A stretch of 64,000 nt of DNA from Eledone cirrhosa. Taxonomy: Eukaryota. This document shows, in pieces, positions 1-13,280 of this stretch. A model generated the notes under the pieces. It did no database searches and was not told the DNA's origin. It saw nothing but the letters and a program-made list of their open reading frames with translations. How positions within the stretch are numbered: the first letter of the stretch is position 1; every line of letters begins with the position of its first letter. The stretch is from contig OZ024743.1 of NCBI GenBank assembly GCA_964016885.1, positions 108,872,001-108,936,000 of the forward strand, in the 5' to 3' direction. The translations under genes were made by a program, and so were the position numbers.

Positions 1-515
1 TTTAACTATCGACCGCTTGCCAGTATCATATCTGATTTTTGCGTTTCGTTTCGCCTTTCCTACCCGCCGAAATGCGATTCTCGCTGAAACTATATTTATA
101 TATGTATATATATATATATGAATATATATTTAGTCATTGTCAATCCTCTCGAAAATGGATTTGAACTTAACTAATTTGCTGTGTGGTATCCTGAAGTAAC
201 CAGACTGGATATTTTCAAAAATGCCCTTGACATACAGAAAAATAACATAGATTTTCTCGAGACCTATATTCAGTGCAGTCAAATCTACAACCAAGACAGG
301 AAACAGAAGCCACCGTAATCAGGTGGTTTGCGTAATATTGACGAATGTTTAAATCTCCACTGTATTGCTTATAAACGTGCGATCAACACTAGACTGTCGC
401 AATGCTTTTACATATCATAAATACGCTAATTTTATTAGTGTTTCCACAACAAATATATGTATATATGTATGTATTTACGTATGTGTATATGCTGTATGTA
501 TGTATGTTCTTCTGG

Positions 516-800
516 TTTTATAATTTCACAAATATTTTTCCAAAAGAGAGAGTCGGTTTCTAACATAGACGCAATACTCTCTCATTGGAATTTACACATC
601 AACTAGGTAGATTATGTATGTATGCATGTGCAGATATGGACGTTATTGTATGTGTGGATGTATATGTTTTGAGTTATATGTGTGCATGTGTATATGCTTG
701 GAATCTGTACATGTGTATATGCAGTTATTAGATGCAACATTCTTGGAATGTTTTACATATTTTTATTGTTTCATTAATGGGTTGTACTTGTAATTTCCTA
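516..800 (+). repeat. Dispersed repeat, family unknown (other copies ~5956-6180 + and ~6280-6360 -)
   Basis: Shared string ttttataatttcacaaat...tttctaacat...ttggaatttacaca at all three sites. Confidence 0.6.
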
Positions 801-1509
801 ATGTATGTATGTATATATGTTTTTAACTTTGATTTTGAAGGTGGCTTTATAATTATTAATTTTCATTATTTTTTAGACTTGCTGTCTCGGCGGCCAAGTT
901 AAAAGAATCGTAGAGGGTGGTGATCCTGGTTTGTAACTCGATTCTGGTCTGGAATATAGTTCCCGGTAAGTCATTTCAGTTCTTTTTCTATGGTATGTAA
1001 AATAAAAACTGAAAATGATTACATTTACCTCTTGAATGGAACCCAAGACCAGGATCTCCAGCGTCTCAAGTACCTACCGCTATGTCACTGAGTCAGCTAC
1101 GAAAAGCTTATGAAAATTCATACTTATAAACGTACTTTCAAAATGTTCAAAACAAAATGATGTGGTGCCGTTTATGTCTTTCTTAGAGTTGTTTCTTTTA
1201 CTTAGGGTCGACTTCTAACTCTTTTGGGTGTTCCATAAACTACATGCCCGTTTTGTTTCTCATCTCCATAGATCAGGAATGTCAAACAGGAATGTCAAAC
1301 ATGTGCACAGTTGGTTGTCGTGTGCGGCACTCAAACAATACATATGTGACCCATACGGCCCTTGGGGGATCCTCAGTTTGACATGCTTGTTCTACACTCT
1401 ACTTTCCCAAGTATTGAGTACTTAGCTGAACGATGGTCGGTCTTACTTGTCTAAACTGCTAACTCCAAACACGCACACATACACACACACATACATACAT
1501 ATATATATA

Positions 1510-1762
1510 GGGCGGGTACAATTCCCGAGACTCATGGACGAGTTCTCTCAAGCGGTCTCTGTCCCTCATTATCGCTGCCATGTCCTGCGTCTCCAACAGA
1601 CCAGTGTCTGTTCTTAGGGCATCAACATACGTTCACCTTGGTCTTCCTTTTCCAGTGTGTCCATGTAGGGGCTCCCACAGGAGCACTGAGTGCAATGTCA
1701 ACTCTGGATGTCGGTGAGCACGGTAGCTAACCTGAGTCTCCTTTGTGTCACTTTTCAGTTGA
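1510..1762 (-). mobile_element. RTE-clade LINE, 3' end of ORF (degenerate)
   Basis: Minus-strand translation KVTQRRLRLA..HRHPEL..VLLWEP.HGH..KGRPR*TYVDALRTDTGL..MRDRDR resembles the RTE C-terminus. Confidence 0.75.
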
Positions 1763-2107
<345 letters not shown>

Positions 2108-2292
2108 AACTGCATATACTGTATTAAGAACAACGATGAAATTTCGTTTAAATCTGAAGAACAGATCGATAATGGCGTCACATCAATGACTTCTGTGGGT
2201 GACCCTGAGCCAATCTTCTGTGAAACGCGCCTAACAGGTCAAGACGCAATAAAACCTAAATAGATGTAAACGAAACTTCATCGTATTATATA

Positions 2293-3499
2293 CAGTGTAC
2301 TCTCGGTATTTGCCGTAGCGGTTTAGAACCTAACTAATAATTGTACATGGAAACCACCGCATATCCGCGGAATCTTCCGCAATTTTTTATGGCTTTTTTT
2401 TAACACTAAATTATTAGTAACAATATACCGAAGTTGTCGGCCTACTGGACGTGAATAATATTGTTTTTTTTTGTTTTTTTTAGACAAGGATGTGTTTATT
2501 GTGTTGTATCAGATGAAAGAATGGTATTTAACTAATGTATTGGTACGCGATGGGGCCCACCCACAGCCCCGGCGGACAGAGGACGGCAAGGGAGACGCGC
2601 TGGAAAAGCCACTCCAACTCGTGGGGCTCACACCTGCGGCTGGCCAGCTCAGCGCCTATGGTGGTGAGTAAGGAGGTAGCACTGGAGCCGAGGACAACAG
2701 AACATTCCACTGCCAGGGGAACGACCGCAAACCTGTCCGAGAGCGACCGGTATTTGAGGAGTTTGGTCCCCTCAACCCGACGTGCAGCAGAACGTGGATC
2801 AGTCACAGACTGCACCAGGTTGCGGCTGCAAAAAGTGTCGGTGCAAGTGGCATCCCAGCCGAGGGGTTTGCCACCGCGGAACGGGAAGATGGTCATGCCA
2901 TCTGGCCTTTTGCCGTCCCATTGATCCAGCCCCACCGGCTCGAGCTGGGAAGGGAAGCCTGCAGCGTCCAAGCCTTGCTTAATGACCTCGTTGAGAGCAG
3001 TATGGCGTGGAATGCGGCCGGCACTGTGACGATAGGAAAGCGGGTGGAGGCCGAAAGTGTCCACGGTGGAACTGCAGCGACATTGGTGTGGCTGGCAGAT
3101 CCGGAGGCCGAGCCTCAGGCAAACGCCGATTCGCAGGCTATGGTTGTCTAGCTGCGTGCCAGTGGAGAAGGAGGGCAGAGCATGGAGCCAGGCACCACTG
3201 TGGGGTTTGGAGGCCGCACAAAAACAAGCAAGGCGGTGCTGGTCGAGTTGGCGCGTGAGTCTGTCTGAGGCCAGGCTGCACTGGATGGCATCCCAAGTGT
3301 GTTGGGGTGACTTGACGTCAACAGGGTGAGAAGGAGGAGGGACGTCTACTGGGCTAAGTCCCAGCCGGTCACACGTCTCACAGGCGGCCTCACGTTCTCT
3401 GAACGCAGAGGGTTTATGCATCAGGTCCAATATTCGCCGTTTTTCACTCACCGCAGGTGCTCTAGGAATATAACCTCCGCGAATAACGGGGTACAAATG
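2293..3499. mobile_element. pogo/Tigger-like non-autonomous element with a nested CRE fragment
   Basis: Left end TA|CAGTGTACTCTCGGTATTTGCCG; right end (reverse complement) TA|CATTTGTACCCCGTTATTCGCGGAGGTTATATTCC. Imperfect TIRs flanked by TA. Confidence 0.55.
2528..3400 (-). mobile_element. CRE-clade non-LTR retrotransposon 3' fragment (Zn knuckle plus restriction-like endonuclease)
   Basis: SGAWLHALP...LRLG..CQPHQCRC...GLH..S....GRIPRH..LN...LEPVGL...DGKRPDG...WDATC; the ORF N-terminus is only (TA)n and MITE read-through. Confidence 0.85.
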
Positions 3500-3569
<70 letters not shown>

Positions 3570-3921
3570 TAAATTAGCGAGAATCGTATTTCAGCACAGG
3601 AATTAACGAAAATCAACATCAGATATGTGTGGCAAGCGCTCGATGATTCAGTGAATCAGAGCTACAACATACGTTAAGGGCCAAACACGCTGAGATGATG
3701 GTTAAACATATCATCCGCACAGCCAAAACAAACGACCAAGTAATTCGGGTCAAACAATAAAAATATGTGTTGATACTTTCCCGGACCCTGGAATGTGTGT
3801 GTATCTATGTATGTAAGTTTACTTGGTGAGGAGGACAACCTGCAGGACAAAAAACAAGACGTGACGAAGGGCAGAAGAACTCATAAGAGTTAACGGCAAT
3901 CCAAAAATGTGTATGTACAAT

Positions 3922-4102
<181 letters not shown>

Positions 4103-4512
4103 AGTGCATGCATATGCGCGAGGACATAGAAATAATCAGGTTGGACACCCGATCGCGCGGTTAAACCACAGGGCATTTTTCTAGGAGAAGGCAACTCAGG
4201 AAACTGGGATAACTCCGATATAAAACCTGCGGCTCAGTAGTTACCGATGATGTTGATATTTTCTTCTTTACGGGTCATAGCTACTATCGCTCATAGTGTG
4301 GGATTTTCTCAGTTCACAGTCTTTACTCACTTTAAACAAAAAAATCTTCACGCACTGGCATTGCACGATAGCATTAATTGATAATTATTAATAATGTTAC
4401 ATCATGCAATGGCCATACTCGATAATTATCATGTATGTATGTATGTATGTATGTATGTATGTATGTATGTATGTATGTATGTATGTATGTATGTATGTAT
4501 GTATGTATGTAT

Positions 4513-4800
4513 GTCAGGTCACCAGTTGATGCTACTGGTAACATGTATCACAGTACAACCTGTCTCATGGTCGGGTCATTGGCGACTAAACTGGCAACCC
4601 CACCAAGGTTTCTTGGTGAGGAGGGTGACTTTGGACATCCTGCAGGACTAAAAACAAAACCTGTCAAATGACAAAGGAGCTCTTAAGGGTCAATGGCCAT
4701 CCAAAATCACCGGGAGAGATGAACCCTTACCCTTTGTCAAGGCAGAATTCTAGGAGAAGGAAAACTCTGATATAACACCTGCAACCCTGATGGTATCCAA
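4513..4800 (+). repeat. Dispersed repeat resembling an RTE 5' UTR or derived SINE; second copy at ~3810-4240 split by (TA)n
   Basis: Shared gtgaggagg...cctgcaggac.aaaaacaa...atccaaaa and ttctaggagaagg.aactc...gatataa.acct. Confidence 0.5.
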
Positions 4801-4989
4801 TGATGTTGACATGTTCTTCTTTTTGGTAAATATTATCTTGGTTAAGAGAGTGGGACTGGCTTTGTGCAGTGCCTTTGCTCACTATAAAAGCTTCACGGCA
4901 CATGCATTGCTTTATATCTGGAGATCTCTCTGCACTTGTCGTCATATGGTACCATGGGCCCAGCACTATGTGTCAATAATTGTCACAAG

Positions 4990-5130
4990 TGTAGTGTTTG
5001 TACCAGAGTTTTCAAGTCGCTGGCTGGACTAAAAAGTCAGACTCGTTCAGCGCATCGGGGGGGGGGGGGGGGTTCTCCTACAAGGATATAAAGTAGTGGC
5101 CGTACTCGAAAACGAGTTGGCAGCCACCAT
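4990..5130 (+). repeat. Dispersed repeat with an inverted copy at 63221-63348
   Basis: agtgtttgtaccagagttttcaagtcgctgg...gtagtggccgtactcgaaaa.gagttggcagccaccat matches the reverse complement there. Confidence 0.85.
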
Positions 5131-5314
5131 GTATGTATGTATGTGTGTGTGTGCGTCTAAGTATGTATGTAACCTGGTCTAACATTTTTATGAATTTCAC
5201 ACCATGGCAGAGAGAGATAGGGAATCAAAGACAGAGTGTGAGAGAGAGAGAGAGGGAGGGAAAGAGAGAGAGAAAATAGATAGATAGAGAGAGCGATAGA
5301 GAGAGAGAGACAGA

Positions 5315-5411
<97 letters not shown>

Positions 5412-6179
5412 TACAACAGCTAACTGAATCTTTCCTTGGAATTTAGGCAATATGAATGAGGTAATCATGTGTGTATGTCTTTATGTATCTATACCTTGGT
5501 GTGTGTGTATGTATGTATGTGTGTAGGAAAGGCTTTCATTGCACTCGTTGATCTGTGTTTTTTGAGTTGTATGTGCTCCAAATTCGCGGTAGATACAGTA
5601 ATGCTGTATTCGATTCTTTGAAGTCCCCTTTTATAATTTCATTCAACACCACTAGCTCTCTCTTTCTCTCCCCCTCTCTCTTTTTTATGAAAATATCCAC
5701 AAAAAAATCCGTATCTGGAACACGTACTCCGATTTACGCGAAACTTGTTGTATTCTATTTTTATTCCGATTTCAGGGGCAATTTCCTTTCAAAGTATTTT
5801 CCCATTACGCACCGTTTTGGACGTATTAAATTACAGACGATCACACAATCACAGAGTTTTAGTAGAATATGCATGTATGTATGTATGTATGTATGTATGT
5901 ATGTATGTATGTATGTATGTATGTATGTATGTATGTATGTATGTATGTACGTTTTGTTTTATAATTTCACAAATGTTTGCCAATAGAAAGAAAGCCGTGT
6001 TCTAACATTGGAATTTACACAACATCAACGAGGTAGATATGTCTGCATGCATGCATGTGTGTGTAGGCATGGATCTGTATGTTTTTAGTTTCATGTGTAT
6101 ATGCTGTTATTCAATGCAGAAATTTTAAAAGGTTTTACATATTTTTACTGTTCCATTAATGGATTGTATTTGTATTATG

Positions 6180-6210
<31 letters not shown>

Positions 6211-8023
6211 ATGTATGTATGTATGCATTCATATATGTACGTATGAAAGTATACATGTCTGTGAACACACAGGCACAACTACCAAGTTGATGTGTAAACT
6301 CCAATTTTAGAAACCGACTCTCTCTCTATTGACAAACATTTGTGAAATTATAAAATCAGAACATACTAGAATATATATGTAAGTATCAATGAATGTATGT
6401 ATGAATGGACGTATTTGTAATCCATTGCTATCCTGAACTGCCCCACATATTATTCGTGCCTGTAATTCTGTAGAGATATTCATAGTGTATTTTTCTAAAA
6501 CAGTCACTAACGGGAAAGTAAATCGGAGTTAAGCAATATTTTTATTGATGCTTTTGGAATTATTCACATGAAAATATTTCTACTTCAATATATTTTATAT
6601 TATGTGTATTCATCGACAGTAATTGTCTGTTATTTCTCAAATCATAAATATAATTTTGGAGATCACTCTTTCGGCAGTTATGCAGACATTGAATCACTAT
6701 ATTTCAATTAACTATTCCAAAACACTCGAATGTGTTGTGATATTGTGTAACCAACATCTCATTACATCAGAGAAGTTAAAAATTACAACGTGTTTTTACA
6801 GTCCTTTCATCGTAATAATATGTGCAATTCAAATTGGTAGCAATGATATTTTCTGAACCTAATAATAGATCAACTTAACAATATTCATTTTATACAATTG
6901 ATACAGACCAAAGGTTAGGAATCCTGTTGAAGATGCTCCGTGATTTCGAAAGTACGTTATTCAATCAATGAAACAAGTTCCCGTAATTATTGTAGACAGT
7001 AATTCCAGAGCCACTCTAGGCGTTTGACTGCTTATGATTCAGGGCATCTCAATTGACCTTTGAAAGGGTTGGAAGTGACCATCTCCTGTCAAAGCGTCAA
7101 GGCTCTTATTACGTTAAACCGGCCAGCAAAAGCAGTTATCTGAAGGTGGCTGAGAAAAGTCCCCGAGCCCAAAGTAAGAGTCAACTGAGAACTAGTATAT
7201 ATGTCGAATTCTAAATGATTGGAAAGAAAGTTATTTCAACGACAGACATACGATTATCCCGAATCTGAAGAACATTTGTTTTAAAACTGGACATACCATT
7301 TCCAACTATCTCTTTGAACATATATATATATATATATATACGTATGCATACTTACATTTATGTAGTCTGCTATCTTAGAGCGAGAAATGAAATGTTTTTG
7401 TGTGACAGGCAGAGGAAATATAGAAAATATTTAAATAGGAGGAGGGCATCGAGAAGTGCACTGACACAGAGAAGAAACTTGTAGAAGGAAAAAAACAAAG
7501 GCGATGTGCAAGACAAGTTTTCACATACATCTTCACCCTCATTAGTTCTCAAAACAATATTTTCTATATTTCATCTGTTTGTCATCTACCTTGTGGTTTG
7601 CCTCTTTTTGACCATTGACTGTTGCTCTCTGTCTTCTGATGCATTTTTGCCCAGCGCTGTCTATGATAGCATTTAGCTGTTTTAAGGGGTTTCCTAGCGA
7701 ATAGTTTTCTCAATTGTATATGTATTCAATCAAATACACTCTCGTATCGATTCGATCAGCGACAACACTCATTTATATATATATATATATATATATTACA
7801 ATGAGTTGGGACCAGATGAATGAGCTCATACTCTTTCAACAGCAGCAAGTTCCAGACTATATATATATATATATATATTGAAGAGTTAAACAACATTCAA
7901 TGAGTATATCAAAGAATATGTTTTACATTAGATTGGAAGCGCTCTACGAAAAATAATTTTCCGGAGTTATTAATATTAGAATATAAATATTAATAAAATA
8001 GATGTTCTTTTGATCAATTACAA

Positions 8024-8072
8024 TTTATTATACATATTTCGGATGTACAACAGTACGTCCTCATCAGACAAA
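8024..8072 (-). ncRNA. Minimal type I hammerhead ribozyme motif
   Basis: UUUGU-CUGAUGA-GGACGUAC-UGUU-GUACAUCC-GAAA-UAUGUA-UA/AUAAA: intact core, 8-bp stem II with one mismatch, 5-bp stem I. Confidence 0.7.
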
Positions 8073-8229
8073 ATATAATGATACATGACATACCCTGAGA
8101 TGTTAAATGGTTAAGAATTAATCAAGGTAGTGATTAACCTAAGAGACAAATTAACATTTATACCATAATAATGAGAAAATGCGAAAACGTAATAAATTCA
8201 ATAGAGAATGTGTGAGTAAGAAAAACTTG

Positions 8230-10200
8230 ACCCTAGTTCATCGTCTCACAACGACTTGACGACAGACTCAAACTCGACATCGAGGCCAACTTTTGTCGAG
8301 CCGCTTACAAACTTAAATCGGTGACCGCCATCAACAGCGCCACAGAAAATAACAGCGCCCACACAACCCACCCCAAGTTCCCCGACAACCCACTCCACCC
8401 CCCACCCACCAACCACGAACTCGACACTAAACTCATCAGGCTAAAACACTCCATCTCGGATATACTTCTCAAACACACACACACACGCACAACACACAAC
8501 CTCACCAAATGTGAACTCACTACTCTCTCCAACCTAAAATCGAAGAACCTCATCTACCTCCCCTCAGACAAGGGAAAAGAATTCTGCGTCATCAGCAGAG
8601 AAGCCTACAACACCCTGGCCCTCCAACACCTTGACGATGACAACCGCTACTCCAAGGTCACGGGAATCACTCCTGCGCAGATAGAAGAGCACAACAACGC
8701 CGCCTGGACCAACATCTGCAACCGGCGGAAGCTCCTGAAGAAGCTGAGATACAACCTCCTCACGAGGAACAGCAGACTACCCGCCTTCTACCACCTCGTG
8801 AAAACACACAAACAGGGACCAGACCTGAAGATCATGCCCATTGTATCGAGCGTGGAAGGACCACTCTACAAAATTTCATGGCTCCTAACCAGAATACTGA
8901 AACCCATCTTAGACACCTTGCCGGGACACGTTAACAGCTCCGAGGAGGTGTTGAAGCAACTGCATCAAATGGATCCCGACACCAGAATGAATAACAGATT
9001 TGCCTTCAGCCTTGATGTAGTCGCTCTCTACACCTCGGTCCCGGCACTCCCGGCCGTCAATATACTAATGGAACGCGTCCAATCCACTGACCTACACTGC
9101 TTCGGGCTCACCCCAACTGGCATCCACGAACTCCTATCCATCGTCGTCGACAACACCTACTTCGGATTCCTTGACCAAACATACCAACAAACCTCAGAAC
9201 TGCACATGGGATCAAGCCTGTCGGGTGTGCTAGCGATCTCTTACATGGAAAGCCTCGAGCGCAAGGCACTTAACGCCTGCGACCCCAACGCCGTCGCCTT
9301 TTTCTCAAGGTACGTGGACGATATCCTCATCCTCGCATCTTCCCAAGACATGGCGAAGAGAATCTATGAGACGTTCAACAACACGGACGAGAACATTGAA
9401 TTCAGTGTTGAACACCCAACGACGACGGGTCACTTGCCCCCCTCGACTTCCGAATCAACATCGCGGAACAGGGAGGGAACCACTGCAACTTCTACCGAAA
9501 GGCAGCCTGCAGGGACCTGTTCGTCCACTACAAGTCCGCCCTCCCTAACAGTGCCAAAATAGGATACACCACGAACGAGATTGCGCGAATCAAAAACAGA
9601 TGCAGCGATCGCACGAGTGGTGTCACTCATACCAAGCGATTTCTCGAGGTGCTGGAGACGAACGGGTACCCTACCTCGCTCAAAGACAGAGTAGGAGACA
9701 CCAGACACGAGACAGAGAGGCAACCAAGGCAAGTGCTTCCTTAAAATGCCACACCTGGGCGAGAATACAGCCAACACTATCCGCAAGGCTATACGGAGGT
9801 AGGGCTTCGATATCCACATGGTCCACTCGGACCCCACCCTGCGAAGATCCCTCTCCAGGAAACCCTGGAAATCAACTGACGCGTGCTCCCTCAGGAACTG
9901 CCTGATGCGCCATGCGAACTGTTGCCTACGCACATACGTCTTGTATAAGAGATAATGTAACAAGTGCAACCAATACTATATAGGTAGCACAATCCTGCCG
10001 TTGCACATCCGGATCAAGGAGGACACTTATACCAGGGCTTCGTCTTTCCGGAAACACGTAGTCAAATGAGGAAACAAAGACGCAAGGCCCATTGTCACAG
10101 AAAGAAACGTCGGCACATTACGTATCAAGGAAGCACTTTAGATCAACCGCCTTGGCCCACAATTAAACAACCCATCTGAGAGTATCGAAATGAAGTGGTT
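8230..10200 (+). mobile_element. Penelope-like retroelement (RT plus C-terminal GIY-YIG), frameshifted and 5'-truncated
   Basis: RT ORF followed in other frames by FYRKAACRDLFVHYKSALP and VLYKR*CNKCNQYYIGST...RIKE...IKEAL*IN...PQLN (from 9938). Confidence 0.92.
8321..9562 (+). pseudogene. Penelope-type reverse transcriptase ORF (413 aa, frameshifted near 9440)
   Basis: Motifs PSDKG, FYHLVKTHK, PIVSS, SLDVVALYTSV, MGSSLS, RYVDDI. Confidence 0.9.
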
Positions 10201-10842
10201 GGGTAAAGTTAACAAACGATGTAGCAACACACGCACACACACATACAAGCGAGACAGCAACACACGCACACACATACACACACTCAAGCGAGACATCTAC
10301 ACATGAACACACACACACACACAGTAACATTCACCAAACAGGCAGAGAATAATATGGACTGACAGCTAGCGCCACCCCACTCCCACAATTGAAAGAACTA
10401 CTTCGGCCGCTGACCTCTGCTTGACCGACCCCATTTCAGGCGCACGCTCGCTCTGCTGTATACCTCAGATATTCAAAACACCGAACAGCGAAGGCTACGT
10501 TTCGCACATTTCCTACAGTCAACCTTTCCCCCCTCCCCCAGAAAAAACCCAGTTGATGGATGTCAATCAGAAATATATAGGGACAATTAAATCTCTCCCA
10601 AGGTAACTCTATCTCGTGTTGTTATTTTTATTTTTATTTTTATCCTTCACGCTCTTTCCTTCATTCCTCTACACGCTGCAGTCTTATACATGCCAGGCAT
10701 CTCAACGTACACCCACTTACATCTCTCTCTCCACCACCGGATCTTGTTACCCGGAGATTTACCCATCTGCATTATCGAGACTTCCAAACGACTTAAATAA
10801 ATTTACCCTATTATTCCACAACGCTTCAAGCAAACTTCAATA

Positions 10843-10974
<132 letters not shown>

Positions 10975-11014
10975 TATAATATATATATATATATATAATA
11001 TATATATATATATG

Positions 11015-11115
<101 letters not shown>

Positions 11116-11291
11116 CTGTGTGTGTGATTCCGAGTTGAGTTAGTGGTAATCACAATAAATAATGTACTCAATTCATTCATACTAATGAAGCAGTTATGGT
11201 CCTGTAGAAGCCTTTTCTATATAAACTCCTCTCTCTCTCACTCTCCTTCTCTCTCTTTCTCTCTCTCACCCCCCCTCTCTCTCTCTCTCTC

Positions 11292-11358
<67 letters not shown>

Positions 11359-12709
11359 CAGATGATTTATTTATGTTTATAGAGTTCAAGGCAAAATATG
11401 TCCAGAATACAATGTATGAGAGTGTGCGTGTGTGTGTCTACAATATTTTCTCTTTATGCTTAACTATATCAATCTCTACATTCGATCCCATCCATCTTAT
11501 ATGTCTCAACTTCTTATGGTGAGACGGTCTGTGTGTTAAAGGCATGCTATTAATGGGTTGCCCCTAGTTTAGTTAGGTCCACCAAATGAGGTAACGCTCT
11601 GTGGAAAGTTTCCTGCTTAAGTGCAACTCACGATCGAAGGCCACGGTTAAGATGTAGACAGAAATAATTTGTTTCATCACAATATTATGAAGTTCGGTGA
11701 TACAGAAGGATTTCCTTAAATCACAATCTTCATCTTAGATCTTCTTCCATTTTTGAATAGCCTTAGGATATTTCAAGTAATTTTGTTTGCCGCCATGCAT
11801 CGATATAACCATATCAAATGAATCGATGCAGACGCGTATTCCATGTCTTCTTTCAAACGTAATCACAGTACTTTTTGAGACAGAAGGCCATCCCTGAAAC
11901 TGGTCAAGAACGCCTATGATGGAAAGAAGAATATATCAACATTCTTTAGACGAAAAATAATCAAGAGTTACTGCCATCCATTGGAATCAAGTGGAAATGC
12001 TTCTTTGATCCCCAAAAGGAAACGTGATCATCATTAAAACGGCAACTTCACAATGAATGGAAAGACCAGCTATTCAACCCTCAACTACTCCAGAACAAGA
12101 CAAAGCAGACGAACATATTTTCAGCGAGGGATAGCTATTATATCATTCATTGATAACTTTTAGCCTTACAAGTCCCATCAAGCGTTAAATACTCCAGGCA
12201 TAAAACTCTGCTTGTATGACGAACAGATTTTGAAAGCATTTTCAATGAGGATATGATAAACTTGTCACATTCTCCTTCATCGAGCAAAGAACTGTTAATA
12301 CGAGCCCATGAGGCTCGCTTCATCTGCTAGAAATGTTATCCAAATTTCCCTCAAATCATAAACTATCATCTTACGCGAAATGATGTATCATTAAAAATCC
12401 TGAGTATGTGTGAAAGGGTTTATGAATGAATCCTAACGTATTAAGGGGAATACAATTCAGTTATGGTTTATGAATCAAAACACTTTCTTTAAAGAGTTTG
12501 TTTTAAAATTAAAACATATCAACGTGTATAAAAATAATATAGTAATTTAGGGTTTAGTAATGAAACTAGACCACCTGCGACCAGTTGGGGCAAGTTCGCT
12601 TAAAAGCATTTTTTAAAAATCACGTTCACTTGAAAATAATTTCTTAAATAACTAAAATAAACAAAGTCATGTTTATAATGTAAAATAAAATTGTAAGCCC
12701 CATGAAGGC

Positions 12710-12802
<93 letters not shown>

Positions 12803-13227
12803 TGTATGTGCCTGTGACCAGTTCATAAAGGTAACATACCCCCCCCCCCCCCTCACACTCACACATACACATATACACACACACTTAGAAAACCTTTGAT
12901 ACATATGACTTAATATATAGTCACCAAATTCGACTATAGCAATTGTGGTTACTCCAAAACCACCATACTGAAAACAGTTCGTTTTCATCAAAATAAAGCT
13001 GTGAAGGAAATTTAACTGGACTTCTGCTACTAATTAGCTGTCGAGAACCATATAGTTAGGTAGTGTGACAAAAAATACTGGAATAAAAAGAAATACAAAA
13101 ATGTTTCTTTCAATGGCGAACTATAAACTAATCACTAACACATTTTTGAAACGGCTTCGTTTCTTTTTAACTTTGGAACAACGCCTGGCATACATATAGT
13201 TTTATAATTATTTAGTCTTTACTATGC

Positions 13228-13280
<53 letters not shown>

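Noticed and set aside
10067-10069. In-frame TGA at a probable Cys position in the PLE endonuclease (possible selenocysteine, as in Naiad PLEs)
   Set aside because: The same frame also has TAA and TAG stops, the endonuclease is C-terminal (not the Naiad order), and no SECIS is evident; decay is simpler.
10534-10584. Hammerhead-like remnant downstream of the large PLE (GAAA-UAUA-UA-GGGA)
   Set aside because: The upstream core would be CAGAAAA and stem II is not properly closed; too degenerate.
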